Positions 32,201-41,433 of a DNA stretch of 64,000 bases are shown piece after piece. The stretch is from NCBI GenBank assembly GCA_963808625.1, contig CAWEHK010000015.1, positions 14,194 through 78,193 of the forward strand, in the 5' to 3' direction. The notes under the pieces were generated by a model. The model did no database searches and was not told the DNA's origin. It saw only the letters and a program-made list of their open reading frames with translations. The position numbers and the translations under genes were made by a program. Within the stretch, counting starts at the first letter, position 1. Each line of letters begins with the position of its first letter. The DNA is from an uncultured delta proteobacterium (GTDB taxonomy: Bacteria > Desulfobacterota > Syntrophobacteria > Syntrophobacterales > Syntrophobacteraceae).

Positions 32201-33948
32201 GGGATGGTCTCATTGTAACAATCAGTCAGAGAGATTTGTCCTTGGCCAATGTCTGGGAGATAGCGGTGTATTATGATTCTGCCGGCGGCCACCCCCTTGA
32301 GGAGCATTAATACCCGCTCGGCAAGCACCTTGCCCTTATCGAACGGAGCCGCCGCATTCGGATCCTCGGAGAAGCGACGCAAGAAGGACTCCAATAGAAA
32401 TCTGATGGAAGCGGTGCTTGGTACTGCGCGGGCATCGATGTGATCCAATCGGATCAGTGTTTCACTGGGCAGTTGATTAGTGATGTTCTCGATAGTGCCA
32501 ATTGCGCTTTCGTTGTATCCCGCCACGTCTTGGGGAAGGGCGGGCATGCAGCGCTCCGCGCTTGTGCGATCTCCGTCTAGGTGATTCGAAAGTGATTTCA
32601 GAATCCAAGCCCTAGGTACACCACCTTCTTGACCCTCAACACTGACCTGCAGCCAATCACGGACATAATCCACACCCCCAAGGTTGCGCAAGGTCCCGCT
32701 TTTCGGTTCGAAATCCAACAGCTGCTTGATTTGCTCCTGGTTTTGGAAGATCGATGGCTGAAAGTCGTGAAGCCGTTTCAGTGCCATCATTTTCAGTTCG
32801 AAAACCTTCTGGACCCGAGCAGTACTTAACTGCATTCGATCCAGGGCAGCGATCACCAGTCTTCCAGGGAAGAGAGACCATCTAACCGATTTAGGCCAAC
32901 GAGTGTAGGTCATGAAAACGGCCAACCGGTAACATAGAGAGACATTCCAGTTGATAAGGTTCGCGAATCGGAATGCCGGTCTAACCTCATCTTTGGCAAC
33001 GGCCACGCCGTTAAAAGTCCAGGCACTGTCCGGAAGGATCAGGTCTCCATCTTGGAGTTGTGGACAGACCATGGTGAAGAGCCCTGTTTCCATGCTGCTA
33101 TTTTGGGAAAAAAGATTTGAGGCTGCGATTGCGCCATAGTAGGGGACGGTCAGGATGTGATGGTAGCTCTGTCGTGTGTCGCTTTGCCAAGGGCGGGAAC
33201 CTGCTCGTTCTATATTAGGATGGCCCAACACCAGCGTCATAGCGAGCTTCTGGAGCTGATCCCGGAAATAAAGAAAAGCGCTGGATGCCCGCGTTTTCAT
33301 CTCCGAATTGCGCCTGTCGGCATCCTCGACGTGGCCTTGGACGGTGTCGCCCCCCAGTCGGAACCAAGGCAGGAACAGGCAGGCCGCAAGTAGCGATGAA
33401 GGATCGCGACGGCTTGCGAGGCTTTCGACGAGACGAGGCAGGCACCCTGCGCCTGTGCCTCCGACCGAGGACCCGGAAATCAAGAAACGGGAGCCCGGGT
33501 TCTTGATCTGATCTCGAATTCTGTAAAAAGGTGTCCCCTTTTCCGTGCTCCATTTGCTGTAGGTATGGTTGAACACTGTAGCGCCTACCGCTGCTTGTCC
33601 ATAATACCCATTCCGATACCTGACCTTTCGTTGTTCCTCGTCAAAAAGCCACTGACGCTGTGGTTCAACGATGGTCTCATTGAACGTATTACCTGTAAGC
33701 GTGTCATCGAAGGGCGCAAGATAATGGAAGCCCTCAACGTTCATCTCCAGGGATTGCATCCGATCGAACATTTCGATGAATTTTTGCCAGGCTGACGTTC
33801 CTTCGTCATCAGATGCATCAGCGTCGAGCAGATAAAAAGTTGGTAGGTGCCATCCGTCCTGGATCAGATAAGACAAGGCGGCGAGATCGATGTATGCCAG
33901 CGCAACGTGCTGTCCCGTACCCCCCACGGCTATGAAATGATTGCTCAC
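29251..33948 (-). CDS. ~1565-aa tubulin/FtsZ-like GTPase fused to an actin/Hsp70-fold ATPase domain
   Basis: GTG start after AAGGGG; N-terminal FIAVGGTGQHV, LLDAD, SSVGGTGAG, LFLPWF; C-terminal WGVDFGTYSTVVA and VVADLGGGSIDLW. Confidence 0.8.
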   Translation of the reverse strand: MSNHFIAVGGTGQHVALAYIDLAALSYLIQDGWHLPTFYLLDADASDDEGTSAWQKFIEMFDRMQSLEMNVEGFHYLAPFDDTLTGNTFNETIVEPQRQWLFDEEQRKVRYRNGYYGQAAVGATVFNHTYSKWSTEKGTPFYRIRDQIKNPGSRFLISGSSVGGTGAGCLPRLVESLASRRDPSSLLAACLFLPWFRLGGDTVQGHVEDADRRNSEMKTRASSAFLYFRDQLQKLAMTLVLGHPNIERAGSRPWQSDTRQSYHHILTVPYYGAIAASNLFSQNSSMETGLFTMVCPQLQDGDLILPDSAWTFNGVAVAKDEVRPAFRFANLINWNVSLCYRLAVFMTYTRWPKSVRWSLFPGRLVIAALDRMQLSTARVQKVFELKMMALKRLHDFQPSIFQNQEQIKQLLDFEPKSGTLRNLGGVDYVRDWLQVSVEGQEGGVPRAWILKSLSNHLDGDRTSAERCMPALPQDVAGYNESAIGTIENITNQLPSETLIRLDHIDARAVPSTASIRFLLESFLRRFSEDPNAAAPFDKGKVLAERVLMLLKGVAAGRIIIHRYLPDIGQGQISLTDCYNETIPNEANRLERQVGLYLDSQDFPGLLAVSDPETLLCPSAGVDWPKVEDHLQDTDRRIQEGRKTLKGWLLFLSDMHDTLHGSSDKPYWFQYLLNHPDLSSERVYDPSFEFDLLDDNEAQLFNIRWSNGSASLPLALPVVGRRNRQKMKQQILRFGFQTVKDISLGDSSTQDTPTEVIKIVDFLRDSKKCPPFIFFSKNGNEKRIAVWADLYKNLVARFRFGFCFADTKKGTPESTVAWCIHTPDEFDIIPATTAVLLNAVAPLAGRVTLQQGEEPIYPDYPVKAAYADLINYEARHSKNISGPAATISYMFKLKGRPDEERWPVRIEQRPQPCTIAFWPKFELDGWNAYYAFANFSATDSILAVFMTGSNSQGLSRRLLHHHYSGQPLFDLSETELSFQRGGRPTFFTVLLRDDTDRSRGVGLFRVALMKDVSRLIGPEQWGVDFGTYSTVVAAKAGPKSVNITTAAKLDQTLVVTKDERTTMDSWTWFPTFNTNPNVAGSALVPSLMTSLNPTVVSLAGKLGGMRYKKDFTINALEKSVINEDVWGGRRGSTSFKWFDTTQGGLSEDHQLQLRRSYLLHLIEICLALRVGMEQDDLQHGLPERIRVTFGLPLRMWDQFPKFKDDVDRITATLTAMTGIQFDNHFQWESLAGKLTSGANSGNVYVVADLGGGSIDLWGGFYPGFGRHQWAESFRFGGDDLLRQLDRDFGHKAEHSLLYRIRYEPQETMRYIITGKDKSYPTIQGAYDLAREIISRWAAAIAVKCHRRDLSPAAVGSFAVEGELIESGKDGIDSVYPVKIDLLGMGWMLNETTKDSIEPYVATINDRANQLLREGKQSVRVMIESREKGARISEDSKTELARRLADQMGEADLVSYRKKPKTFNLVDIVDYHDNGEETYRGQRCSVYRWKKKLPFRIESKTAKSLEFLLDQGQPTPRLCRHLFDDRDQFDLVSELRELPDAVLMSLQLSPFRILVEYLRHRPRANRI

Positions 33949-33980
33949 CGTCAAAGACCCCTTCTGTTTAATCAGTTTGT

Positions 33981-34436
33981 TTAGCGTTTTGATAGCCAAA
34001 CATAAAAGATCGGCAAAAGCGCCAATGCTGTGCCGATAAGTAGGCTTATGATCTGATGGGACGACTGGATGGTCCAGGTGTAGCGAAAGAATGAGCCGCA
34101 ACCCCACCAGATGAGACTCAGCACGAGCAGCCCCCCTATTGGAAACACCGTAACGGCCAAGAGCAATGGTTTTGTCCACAGGTTAGCCCAGCTATAATCA
34201 GGGGGACTGACTTTGGCCAATGCTCGACACTGGCCCATGTGAGCGAAAAGACAGACGAAGCATGCCACGATTCCGCAAAAAACAGGGACTCCGTAAACGA
34301 TCCATCCCCAGAACAAAATCAGCCAGTTGCACGAGCTAGCTGAAGTCGATTGCGCGTGGCATACGTTCCCGATCCATGCCTCGGCGGCAATCAGAATCGG
34401 GACCCCTCTTATGGTCCAGCTAAAGCGTCTTTTCAA
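33981..34436 (-). CDS. Small multi-TM membrane protein, first gene of the tubulin operon
   Basis: TTG start with GAGGT RBS; about 3 TM segments. Confidence 0.6.
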   Translation of the reverse strand: MKRRFSWTIRGVPILIAAEAWIGNVCHAQSTSASSCNWLILFWGWIVYGVPVFCGIVACFVCLFAHMGQCRALAKVSPPDYSWANLWTKPLLLAVTVFPIGGLLVLSLIWWGCGSFFRYTWTIQSSHQIISLLIGTALALLPIFYVWLSKR

Positions 34437-35234
34437 TGGCTTACCTCTGCGACGTCAAAAGGTTACTCCTTTAGAAATGCACAAAAAGGGAACAGCGTAT
34501 TCACCCTATAATTTAGGCTCGGTCAGCCTGTCAAGGGTAAATGGGTGTGATCAAGAGCTTTACCAGCATCCGGTGAAAAAAAAGACTTGAAGCAGGTTTT
34601 TAGGGAGTCTGAGAAAGGACATTTTGGGTGGAAATTGCATTGGGACAGCATGGGAGACCAACTGAGAGGGGGGCCGCGAGAAAACAAAGGAAGATCGAAA
34701 GAGGTTTTCAATGTTTATCCTGAGGTAAGGCAAAGAATCCGGGACTGTCTGCGATCTCCCCGGAGCCAAGAGCAAAATTTAGTAGTCCGGGAGAAAAAAC
34801 CCTTGGAAATCTTCACCGATTTATTGTATTCGAAAGCCGAACCATCTACTCAGGAAGACTATAAACAAGAAGTTCCACCCGAGGGTAACTGTCGGACCAT
34901 GTCGGCACCGAATCACTAAATAGGAACAACATGCGAAGAGTGGCCTATCAAGGATAGCTTCGGAATGTAGGTGCCATGCCGTTTGCGAGCCTGGAAGCCG
35001 GCATCGGAGCATATTCGCAAGGTTAAAACCCCGCTGGCAAAGAAGGCGAAGCAGAGCTCTGGTGCTTGAGTGCAGAAGTAGATCTAGGAATATCCCGCCA
35101 AAGTATGCTGTCATAATTCGCATGGAGCATATTGGAGCTGAAAAATATGGCGATTTATACACCATCTAATTCATCGCTAACGCAGCCTGCTGCGGTGCCA
35201 GCGAAGGGGAAGAAGGCCCAGGGAGAATGCGAAC

Positions 35235-36260
35235 ATGAGTAGATCACCACAGGAACTCGAAACCCAGTATCACAAGCTGGAGGGCACAGCGAACAGGTTT
35301 GCCTTATCGCTAATAGATCAGTTCGGGCACCTCTTGAAAGACCACGACATCCCACTCGGTATTCCCATCGAACACCGGGTGAAGTCATGGGACTCCATAG
35401 CCGAAAAAATCGAACGGAAAGAGATCGGCCTGAACGATCTCACCGAGCTCTCCGACTTCGTGGGGTTACGCCTCATACCACTATTCAAACGAGACGTGCT
35501 CAAAACCAGTGAGATTATCTGCAATAAATTTAGAGTTATCAAAGAGGAAGACCTTGTCAGCCGACTGAAGGAGGACCAATTCGGGTACCAATCCCGCCAT
35601 CTCCTAATAACCATACCGGAAGTCTGGCTCGAAGTGCCGTCGCTCGAGGAGTTTGCGTCACTGAAAGCAGAAATCCAGATAAGGACTCTCGCACAGCACA
35701 TGTGGGCTGCCGCCTCTCACTACCTACAGTACAAACGAGAGAGCGCTGTTCCGTTGCCTATACGACGCTCGATCCACCGCGTTTCGGCCCTCCTGGAGAC
35801 CGCCGACCTCGAGTTTGATCGAGTGCTTGAAGAGAGGGATGCCTACCGAAATAAATTTGAACAGGTGCCGCAGCAAGCATCACTTGACGTCGATCTCCTC
35901 GCACGAGTTCTCGACGATTCTTTGCCAAAAGAGAACAAGGTGCCTCAAGAGCACTACAGCGAGCTTCTTGACGATCTGAAAGCTTTCGGTATTGAGACCG
36001 TGGACGCGTTCCGGGATTTGGTCGTGTCGATGCGTGAGAAGGTTCTTGCACACGAGAGAAAGCAAGTTCTAGACGCAAAGAGAAGAAACTACATCGGCAC
36101 ATCCAAAGAGCGCAATGACCGGGGTCTCTTCTTCAGCCACGTAGGCCTTGCTCGACAGGCTTTGATAGAGAAGTTTGGGAAAGATAGATGGGAGAAATAC
36201 TTTTCGCAGATAAAGCAGAAGAAAGAAGGCTCGGATGATCACGAATCAGCACACCATTGA
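35235..36260 (+). CDS. RelA/SpoT synthetase-domain protein (small alarmone synthetase-like) with C-terminal extension
   Basis: RVKSWDSIAEKIERK, DFVGLRLI, FGYQSRHL, AEIQIRTLAQHMWAAASHYLQYK. Confidence 0.9.
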   Translation: MSRSPQELETQYHKLEGTANRFALSLIDQFGHLLKDHDIPLGIPIEHRVKSWDSIAEKIERKEIGLNDLTELSDFVGLRLIPLFKRDVLKTSEIICNKFRVIKEEDLVSRLKEDQFGYQSRHLLITIPEVWLEVPSLEEFASLKAEIQIRTLAQHMWAAASHYLQYKRESAVPLPIRRSIHRVSALLETADLEFDRVLEERDAYRNKFEQVPQQASLDVDLLARVLDDSLPKENKVPQEHYSELLDDLKAFGIETVDAFRDLVVSMREKVLAHERKQVLDAKRRNYIGTSKERNDRGLFFSHVGLARQALIEKFGKDRWEKYFSQIKQKKEGSDDHESAHH

Positions 36261-36369
36261 CGGGGCAACAGACAGGCTTCCAGCAAGACGCCGGCCTGAA
36301 TGACGAGGAGGGCGATCACGTCCTGGTTCCACTTTTCTAAAGAGCGAAAAGCGAGTCAGGTCAACGGGT

Positions 36370-36750
36370 CTACTTGTATTTTCCAGCCAGGGTTCTGAGC
36401 TTGGTTTTAAAGCTTCCGGGAAGGGCTTCACCGCTCTTACAGTTTGGGTTCAGCAGCATTTTGGCGAGCGCGCTTGCGATTGGAGCTTCTGCACCCAGCT
36501 CATCCGCGTCCTTGTCAAAATGTCACGGTTAGCCAAGCCAAGTGCCGCATCGCCATCATTGCATACAGCCGCATCAAGTTCGAGAGCAAGCCTTTCGGCG
36601 TACAAAGAAAACTCGGCTTCTGTGAGACAACTCTTACGGTGTTGTGATGCCTCATCACATAGTGGGAAAGGGTAATTTTGCTGAGAGTCTTGACTGTGCA
36701 AGATGTACCCCGTCGCCTTGGCCTGCCCTAGATTGTCAGGCTGTTCGTCG
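36370..36750 (-). pseudogene. Diverged orphan copy of the pentapeptide protein C-terminal domain
   Basis: LYAERLALELDAAVCNDGDAALGLANRDI...LLNPNCKSGEALPGSFKTKLRTLAGKYK* vs LYAEKLALELEPAVCNDGDAVLGLANRDI...LLNPNCKSGEALPGNFRRKLQALATKYQ* at 39117-39500. Confidence 0.85.
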
Positions 36751-36970
36751 TGTGAGCCGATACATCCACCCCGTTACGGGTCGCAATCGCCCAAAGACGC
36801 TCCTTATCGTTCCAGCCCAATACCGTCCCAGATTACGGCATTGGTGGTTTCATGGATTCGAACACAACAGCCAGGGCGCCCTTCGCTGATTTGTCTGACG
36901 ACTTTGTCAGCGATGATAATTCCGAGCGAGCCGGCGACGATGACTTCATTGGGAATTTTGATCTTTATCG

Positions 36971-37354
36971 TCACTTCTGAATCACGATCTGGCTGGGATT
37001 TTTCACAATTATTTCAGGCAGCCCTTCATAAATTTTGATGATTCCGGTCACCGTAACCTTCTTGTTCGAGTAGTACTCAGTGGGTTCGCCGATAGTATCG
37101 AAATCTTTCAAATCGCCCGTGAAAATAACGCACTTGAAAGCCGTCCGCCAATTCGCTCCAAGGTTTAGAAACCTGACCTTACCGCTCCTGGCAATGTGGG
37201 TGCTCAAGACTTCTCCAATGACGGTAACAAATTCGCCCTCATGTTGTTTGAGGACTTCGATATCGTCTGCCTTCAACTCGATGCTCCACGTTACGGTACT
37301 TAAGGTCATAGCCAAGAGCAGAACCATGCAAGCGCTCAGCAGTACTTTCTTCAT
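36971..37354 (-). CDS. Secreted OB-fold protein
   Basis: Signal peptide; VTVIGEVLS...FLNLG...KKVTVTGIIKIYEGLPEIIVKNPSQI. Confidence 0.8.
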   Translation of the reverse strand: MKKVLLSACMVLLLAMTLSTVTWSIELKADDIEVLKQHEGEFVTVIGEVLSTHIARSGKVRFLNLGANWRTAFKCVIFTGDLKDFDTIGEPTEYYSNKKVTVTGIIKIYEGLPEIIVKNPSQIVIQK

Positions 37355-37364
37355 TGGTGCCTCC

Positions 37365-38933
37365 TTACTGATCGTCGATAGTCGTTAGGGAATCAGCCAC
37401 GGCCAATCCCCCACAAACCCTGGCATGCGACTTGATCGTGGAATCCTTTTCCCGACTCCTCAGGGGGACAGATTGAAACATCGATGGGGCTGAGGAGCTG
37501 AAACCAAGGTTCTCCGTTATGCTCCGGCTCAGCCCAAGAGCGTTCTGTTTGTCACCATGCACCACATAGACGTGTTTCGTTTTGGAAAAATGCGAGAGCC
37601 ATTCCAATATTTGGCAGCCATCGGCATGCGACGAGAACATGCTGAATGTCTTTACTTTCATTTTCACGGGCCTCTCCACGTACCTGACCGTTTTCCTTCC
37701 GCCAATGTACTCCTCGATGGGAATACGGACCATTTTCGCGCCTTCCTGAAGCTTCCCACCCAGACTGCCGGGGGCTTGCCAACCAACGATCGCAAGGAGA
37801 TTCTTCGGGTCCTCAATCATGCGCTCCAAATGCTTGGGCGCGTTGCCATGATCGAGCATTCCACTGGCCGATAGATAGATGGAGGGAGTGTGGCTGTCAT
37901 GAGTTTGTAGTGATTTAGCGCTTGAGGTTTCCGAGATACCGGGGAATGACAACGGGTCACCGTGCAACGAGAGGTGCCCTAATGCTTCCCCATTGTAATA
38001 CTTGGTATAGCGCCTGTAGACCACGTTGATACTTTGGGCCGTGGCACTGTCAAGAAATACCCGGGTTTCTTTTGGGATTACTCCATCTCGCTTCAATTGT
38101 CCGATTATATAGAGCAATTTTTGCGTCTTCTCCAGGACAAATGCCGGGATGAGAACGCTGCCGCCCTGACTGAGAGTATCTCGAACCGCTTTGCCAAATT
38201 CGACGAAATTCATTTCTCCGCGCCGGACAGTTCCATAGGTGGATTCCACAAGGATGTAATCGGCGCTGGTGATGACAGCGGGGTCTCGCAAGATGGGAGT
38301 GTTCCTGTTGCCGAAATCGCCGGTCGATACGAGTTTAATAGTTTCGCCCCCGTGCTTCACCCACAATTCAATCATGGCTGATCCCAACACATGTCCAGCA
38401 TCTCTGAAAACTACAGACACATCGGGCGACAAGTTCACCATCTGATCGTACGAGACAGTCATAAACTGGTTCATGGCTTGAGCATAGTCGTCCCAGTCGT
38501 ATACTGACATTCCATGCTCTTTGGCGATGTTCATGGTCATTTCAAGCATGATCGCCAGGAGACTCTTGGTCGCATCGGTCCCAACGACTTTGCCTTTGAA
38601 CCCTTTCTTGTAAAGGAGGGGAATCCGCCCCGAATGGTCGATATGAGCATGGGTCAACAAAACGTAGTCGATGGTCGAAGGATCGAAATCAGTTTCCCGG
38701 TTATTTTCCTGATTTTCCGACCCATAGAAAAGGCCAAAATCGATAATGAGGCGAGTACTACCGGTGTCGACCAAATAGCAGGACCCTCCCACCATTTGTG
38801 CAGCTCCCAGGAACTGAAGATAAGGAGGATCAACTTTTGCGTAAGATTCTGGGGCAAGAAGAAAGATGAGGATCAACGCCGAATAGACTAATCGGAGTCT
38901 CGGTGCGCCATTCTTGATTGTCATGAATTTCAT
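37365..38933 (-). CDS. MBL-fold beta-CASP nuclease with predicted N-terminal signal peptide
   Basis: THAHIDHSGRIP, AGHVLGS, VESTYG, FSSHAD, VHGD; N-terminal RLVYSALILIFLLAPESYA|KV; exact start uncertain (38933 or 38924). Confidence 0.9.
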   Translation of the reverse strand: MKFMTIKNGAPRLRLVYSALILIFLLAPESYAKVDPPYLQFLGAAQMVGGSCYLVDTGSTRLIIDFGLFYGSENQENNRETDFDPSTIDYVLLTHAHIDHSGRIPLLYKKGFKGKVVGTDATKSLLAIMLEMTMNIAKEHGMSVYDWDDYAQAMNQFMTVSYDQMVNLSPDVSVVFRDAGHVLGSAMIELWVKHGGETIKLVSTGDFGNRNTPILRDPAVITSADYILVESTYGTVRRGEMNFVEFGKAVRDTLSQGGSVLIPAFVLEKTQKLLYIIGQLKRDGVIPKETRVFLDSATAQSINVVYRRYTKYYNGEALGHLSLHGDPLSFPGISETSSAKSLQTHDSHTPSIYLSASGMLDHGNAPKHLERMIEDPKNLLAIVGWQAPGSLGGKLQEGAKMVRIPIEEYIGGRKTVRYVERPVKMKVKTFSMFSSHADGCQILEWLSHFSKTKHVYVVHGDKQNALGLSRSITENLGFSSSAPSMFQSVPLRSREKDSTIKSHARVCGGLAVADSLTTIDDQ

Positions 38934-39116
38934 CGAATCCAACTCAATTTTCTTTCTTTCGATACCGTAACAACAAAATGGCGCCAAAAACTCCTCCACC
39001 AAATCATGGCGAACCGCCAAAGCCCGCCGAAGAATAATGGTTAATAAAATATCCAGTAAGCAACGACGCTGGCGAACCAGGTCCACTATATTGAAATGTG
39101 AACCAAATCACTAGAA

Positions 39117-41255
39117 CTACTGATATTTAGTGGCCAACGCTTGGAGCTTCCTTCTGAAGTTGCCAGGAAGCGCTTCGCCGCTCTTGCAGTTTGGGTTGAG
39201 CAGCATTTTGGCGAGCGCGGCTGCGATTGGGCCTTCTGCACCTAGCTCATCCAAGTCTTTTTCGAAAATGTCACGGTTAGCCAAGCCAAGTACCGCGTCG
39301 CCATCATTGCACACAGCCGGCTCCAGTTCCAGGGCAAGCTTTTCAGCATACAAAGGAATCTCCAACTCTGTGAGGCAACATTTGTCAGGTTCTGGGGCGT
39401 AGCCACATAATGGAAAAGGAAAATTTTGGTCGGAGTCTTTGCTGCAGAGCACATACCTAGCCACGCCTGCCCTTCCCAAATGGTCAGGCTGGGCAGTGGT
39501 CTCGTCCATTCCACCAAAAATATGTTCCAGCAACTTTTTGTCGCTCACGTTCTTTTTGAGGTCTTCCTTCAAATTGTAAAGGTCCTCCTCGCACGACGGC
39601 CTATGATCAACGTCTCGGAGGTCACAGCAACTCACTGTGGTGCGATCAAATTTGCCTTTGGAGATGCATGCTTTCTTAATGTTTGCACCCTGCAGATATG
39701 CCTCTCGCATATCCGTGCCCTAGAGTTTCGTCCCCGACAGGTTCGCCCCTTGGAGCTGAGCCCTCCAAAGATCTGCGAACTGTAATTCCGCAGAACGTAA
39801 GTCTGCACCCTGCAACCGCGCCTGTCTCAATACTGCCCCCTGCAGATGAGTACGGTTTAGGTCCGCACCCTGGAGCTGTGCCTCCGTAAGCTGCGCCCCC
39901 TGGAGCTGTGCTGCATTCAAATTCGCACTCTGCAGCTGTGCCCGCGTCAAGATCGCCCCCTGCAATCTCGCTGCTCCCAGGTTTGCGGCCTGCAGCAGAG
40001 CCTGATGCAATATTGCCCCCTGCAGATGAGTACGATATAAGTCCGCACCCTGCAGCTGCGCAAGTGAGAAATCTACACCGTTAAGTTTTGCGTCGCGCAA
40101 AACGGCTTTAGGAAGAACGGCTTTGCTCAGATTTGCACAGCACAAGTCACGACCTTGGAGGTCCAGGCCGATTACACTCTTTAGCGCGTTCTCAACGGTT
40201 TTTGGATCCTTGCTTCGGAGTGTCTCCATGACCTCCGCCGACGGCTCGCCAGCAACAAGGATCTTTCCCGATAGTTCGAGGCATCGGTGAAATGGTGCCC
40301 CATCCTTCTCAAAAAGCCAAACAGTGAGGGCCAAAGATACGTTGTCAGATATCGCTCTACGGCTTGGCGCTTCAGAGCACCAACTCGCTGGAACAACGCG
40401 CAGCACGAAGTCTTCCATGCGTTCGCCGGGCAGAACGGCAACGAAAAAGGAGAATACAAGAACGATTAGACTCGTCAGCGTCAACGCAAGTAGCCCATGA
40501 ACAGGTTGCTCCCGTTCTTTGGAGGTGGTCGCTTCCGGTTGATGCTTTGTTTGTCCATCGAAGGATATCCGAATGATCCGGACCTTTGCCAGGAGGTCTT
40601 TCATCAGCAGGCTGGGCCTGGTAATTAACTCTAACCACCAGCGGCGTGCCCTGCCATCTGGCGTCACAATCATTGGCCAGAACAGCCACAGCAATGCTAG
40701 GTCCAGCCCGACGGCCGCACGCTGGAGCCATGTTAACATTTCATCATGATAAGGTAGAAAGCGAGCCTGCGCCCAAATCAGCAGAACGAGAGGAAGGAGA
40801 ATTACCGTTACCCAGACAACAAGCGCCAGTAGGGATCGCATGAACCTCCCATAGCGGCAAACCAGCATCTGACTTAAGGGAAAGGAGAAAAGGCGCGTAC
40901 GCTGTTCCTCTTGGTATTCCTGATCCGCAAGCCTAGAGATGGCCGCATTAAGCAGGTGAAGCTTCCGCGATAACAAATATAATTGCAGCAGCAAATTGAA
41001 GTGGAGCAACACATAAAGCCAGGGAACGATAATGTAAAAGCCTACAATCGGAAGACCTACATTGAGAATCGGCAAGGTGACCAGGCTCAACTTGAGCAGT
41101 TGCACGTCCCTCGTTGAGCCGATGATAACCGCAATGTATAACCCAACCGAAAGGAAGGTGAGGTACACCTTCTGGACGTGATCTGCCGCAGTGTCAACCG
41201 CTTCCCGCAGGCGATTCGTCCGCTCCCATTGTGTGTCTTGCTCCGTAATCCTCAC
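39117..41255 (-). CDS. Multi-TM pentapeptide-repeat protein (frameshift near 39720)
   Basis: About five TM segments, then many AQLQG/ADL pentapeptides; continues in ORF 39117-39710. Confidence 0.85.
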
Positions 41256-41433
41256 GCCAGCCTCGTATCCCTACAGATCCTTTGTATAAGAAACAAAAAG
41301 CCCTCAGTGGTCCGTGGGTGAGAGCATGTTTGCCTGTTTGAGAATGGTGTAACTCAAAAACAAACTTGGCCCCGCAGGTTGACCGATTTCTTTGCCCAGA
41401 TTATCAGAGATTCAAGCGCTTTTCATTACATGG

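Noticed and set aside
33949..34179. Upstream 77 codons of the 1642-aa ORF
   Set aside because: They overlap the 151-aa membrane gene; GTG 33948 has an RBS and directly precedes the tubulin motif.
34587..34919. 110-aa ORF, and also 43835-44077
   Set aside because: No motif or convincing RBS; may be gene remnants but cannot be supported.
36270..36310. Possible attC after the RelA/SpoT gene (aacagacaggcttccagcaagacg)
   Set aside because: Resembles a left half only; no matching right arm with GTT.
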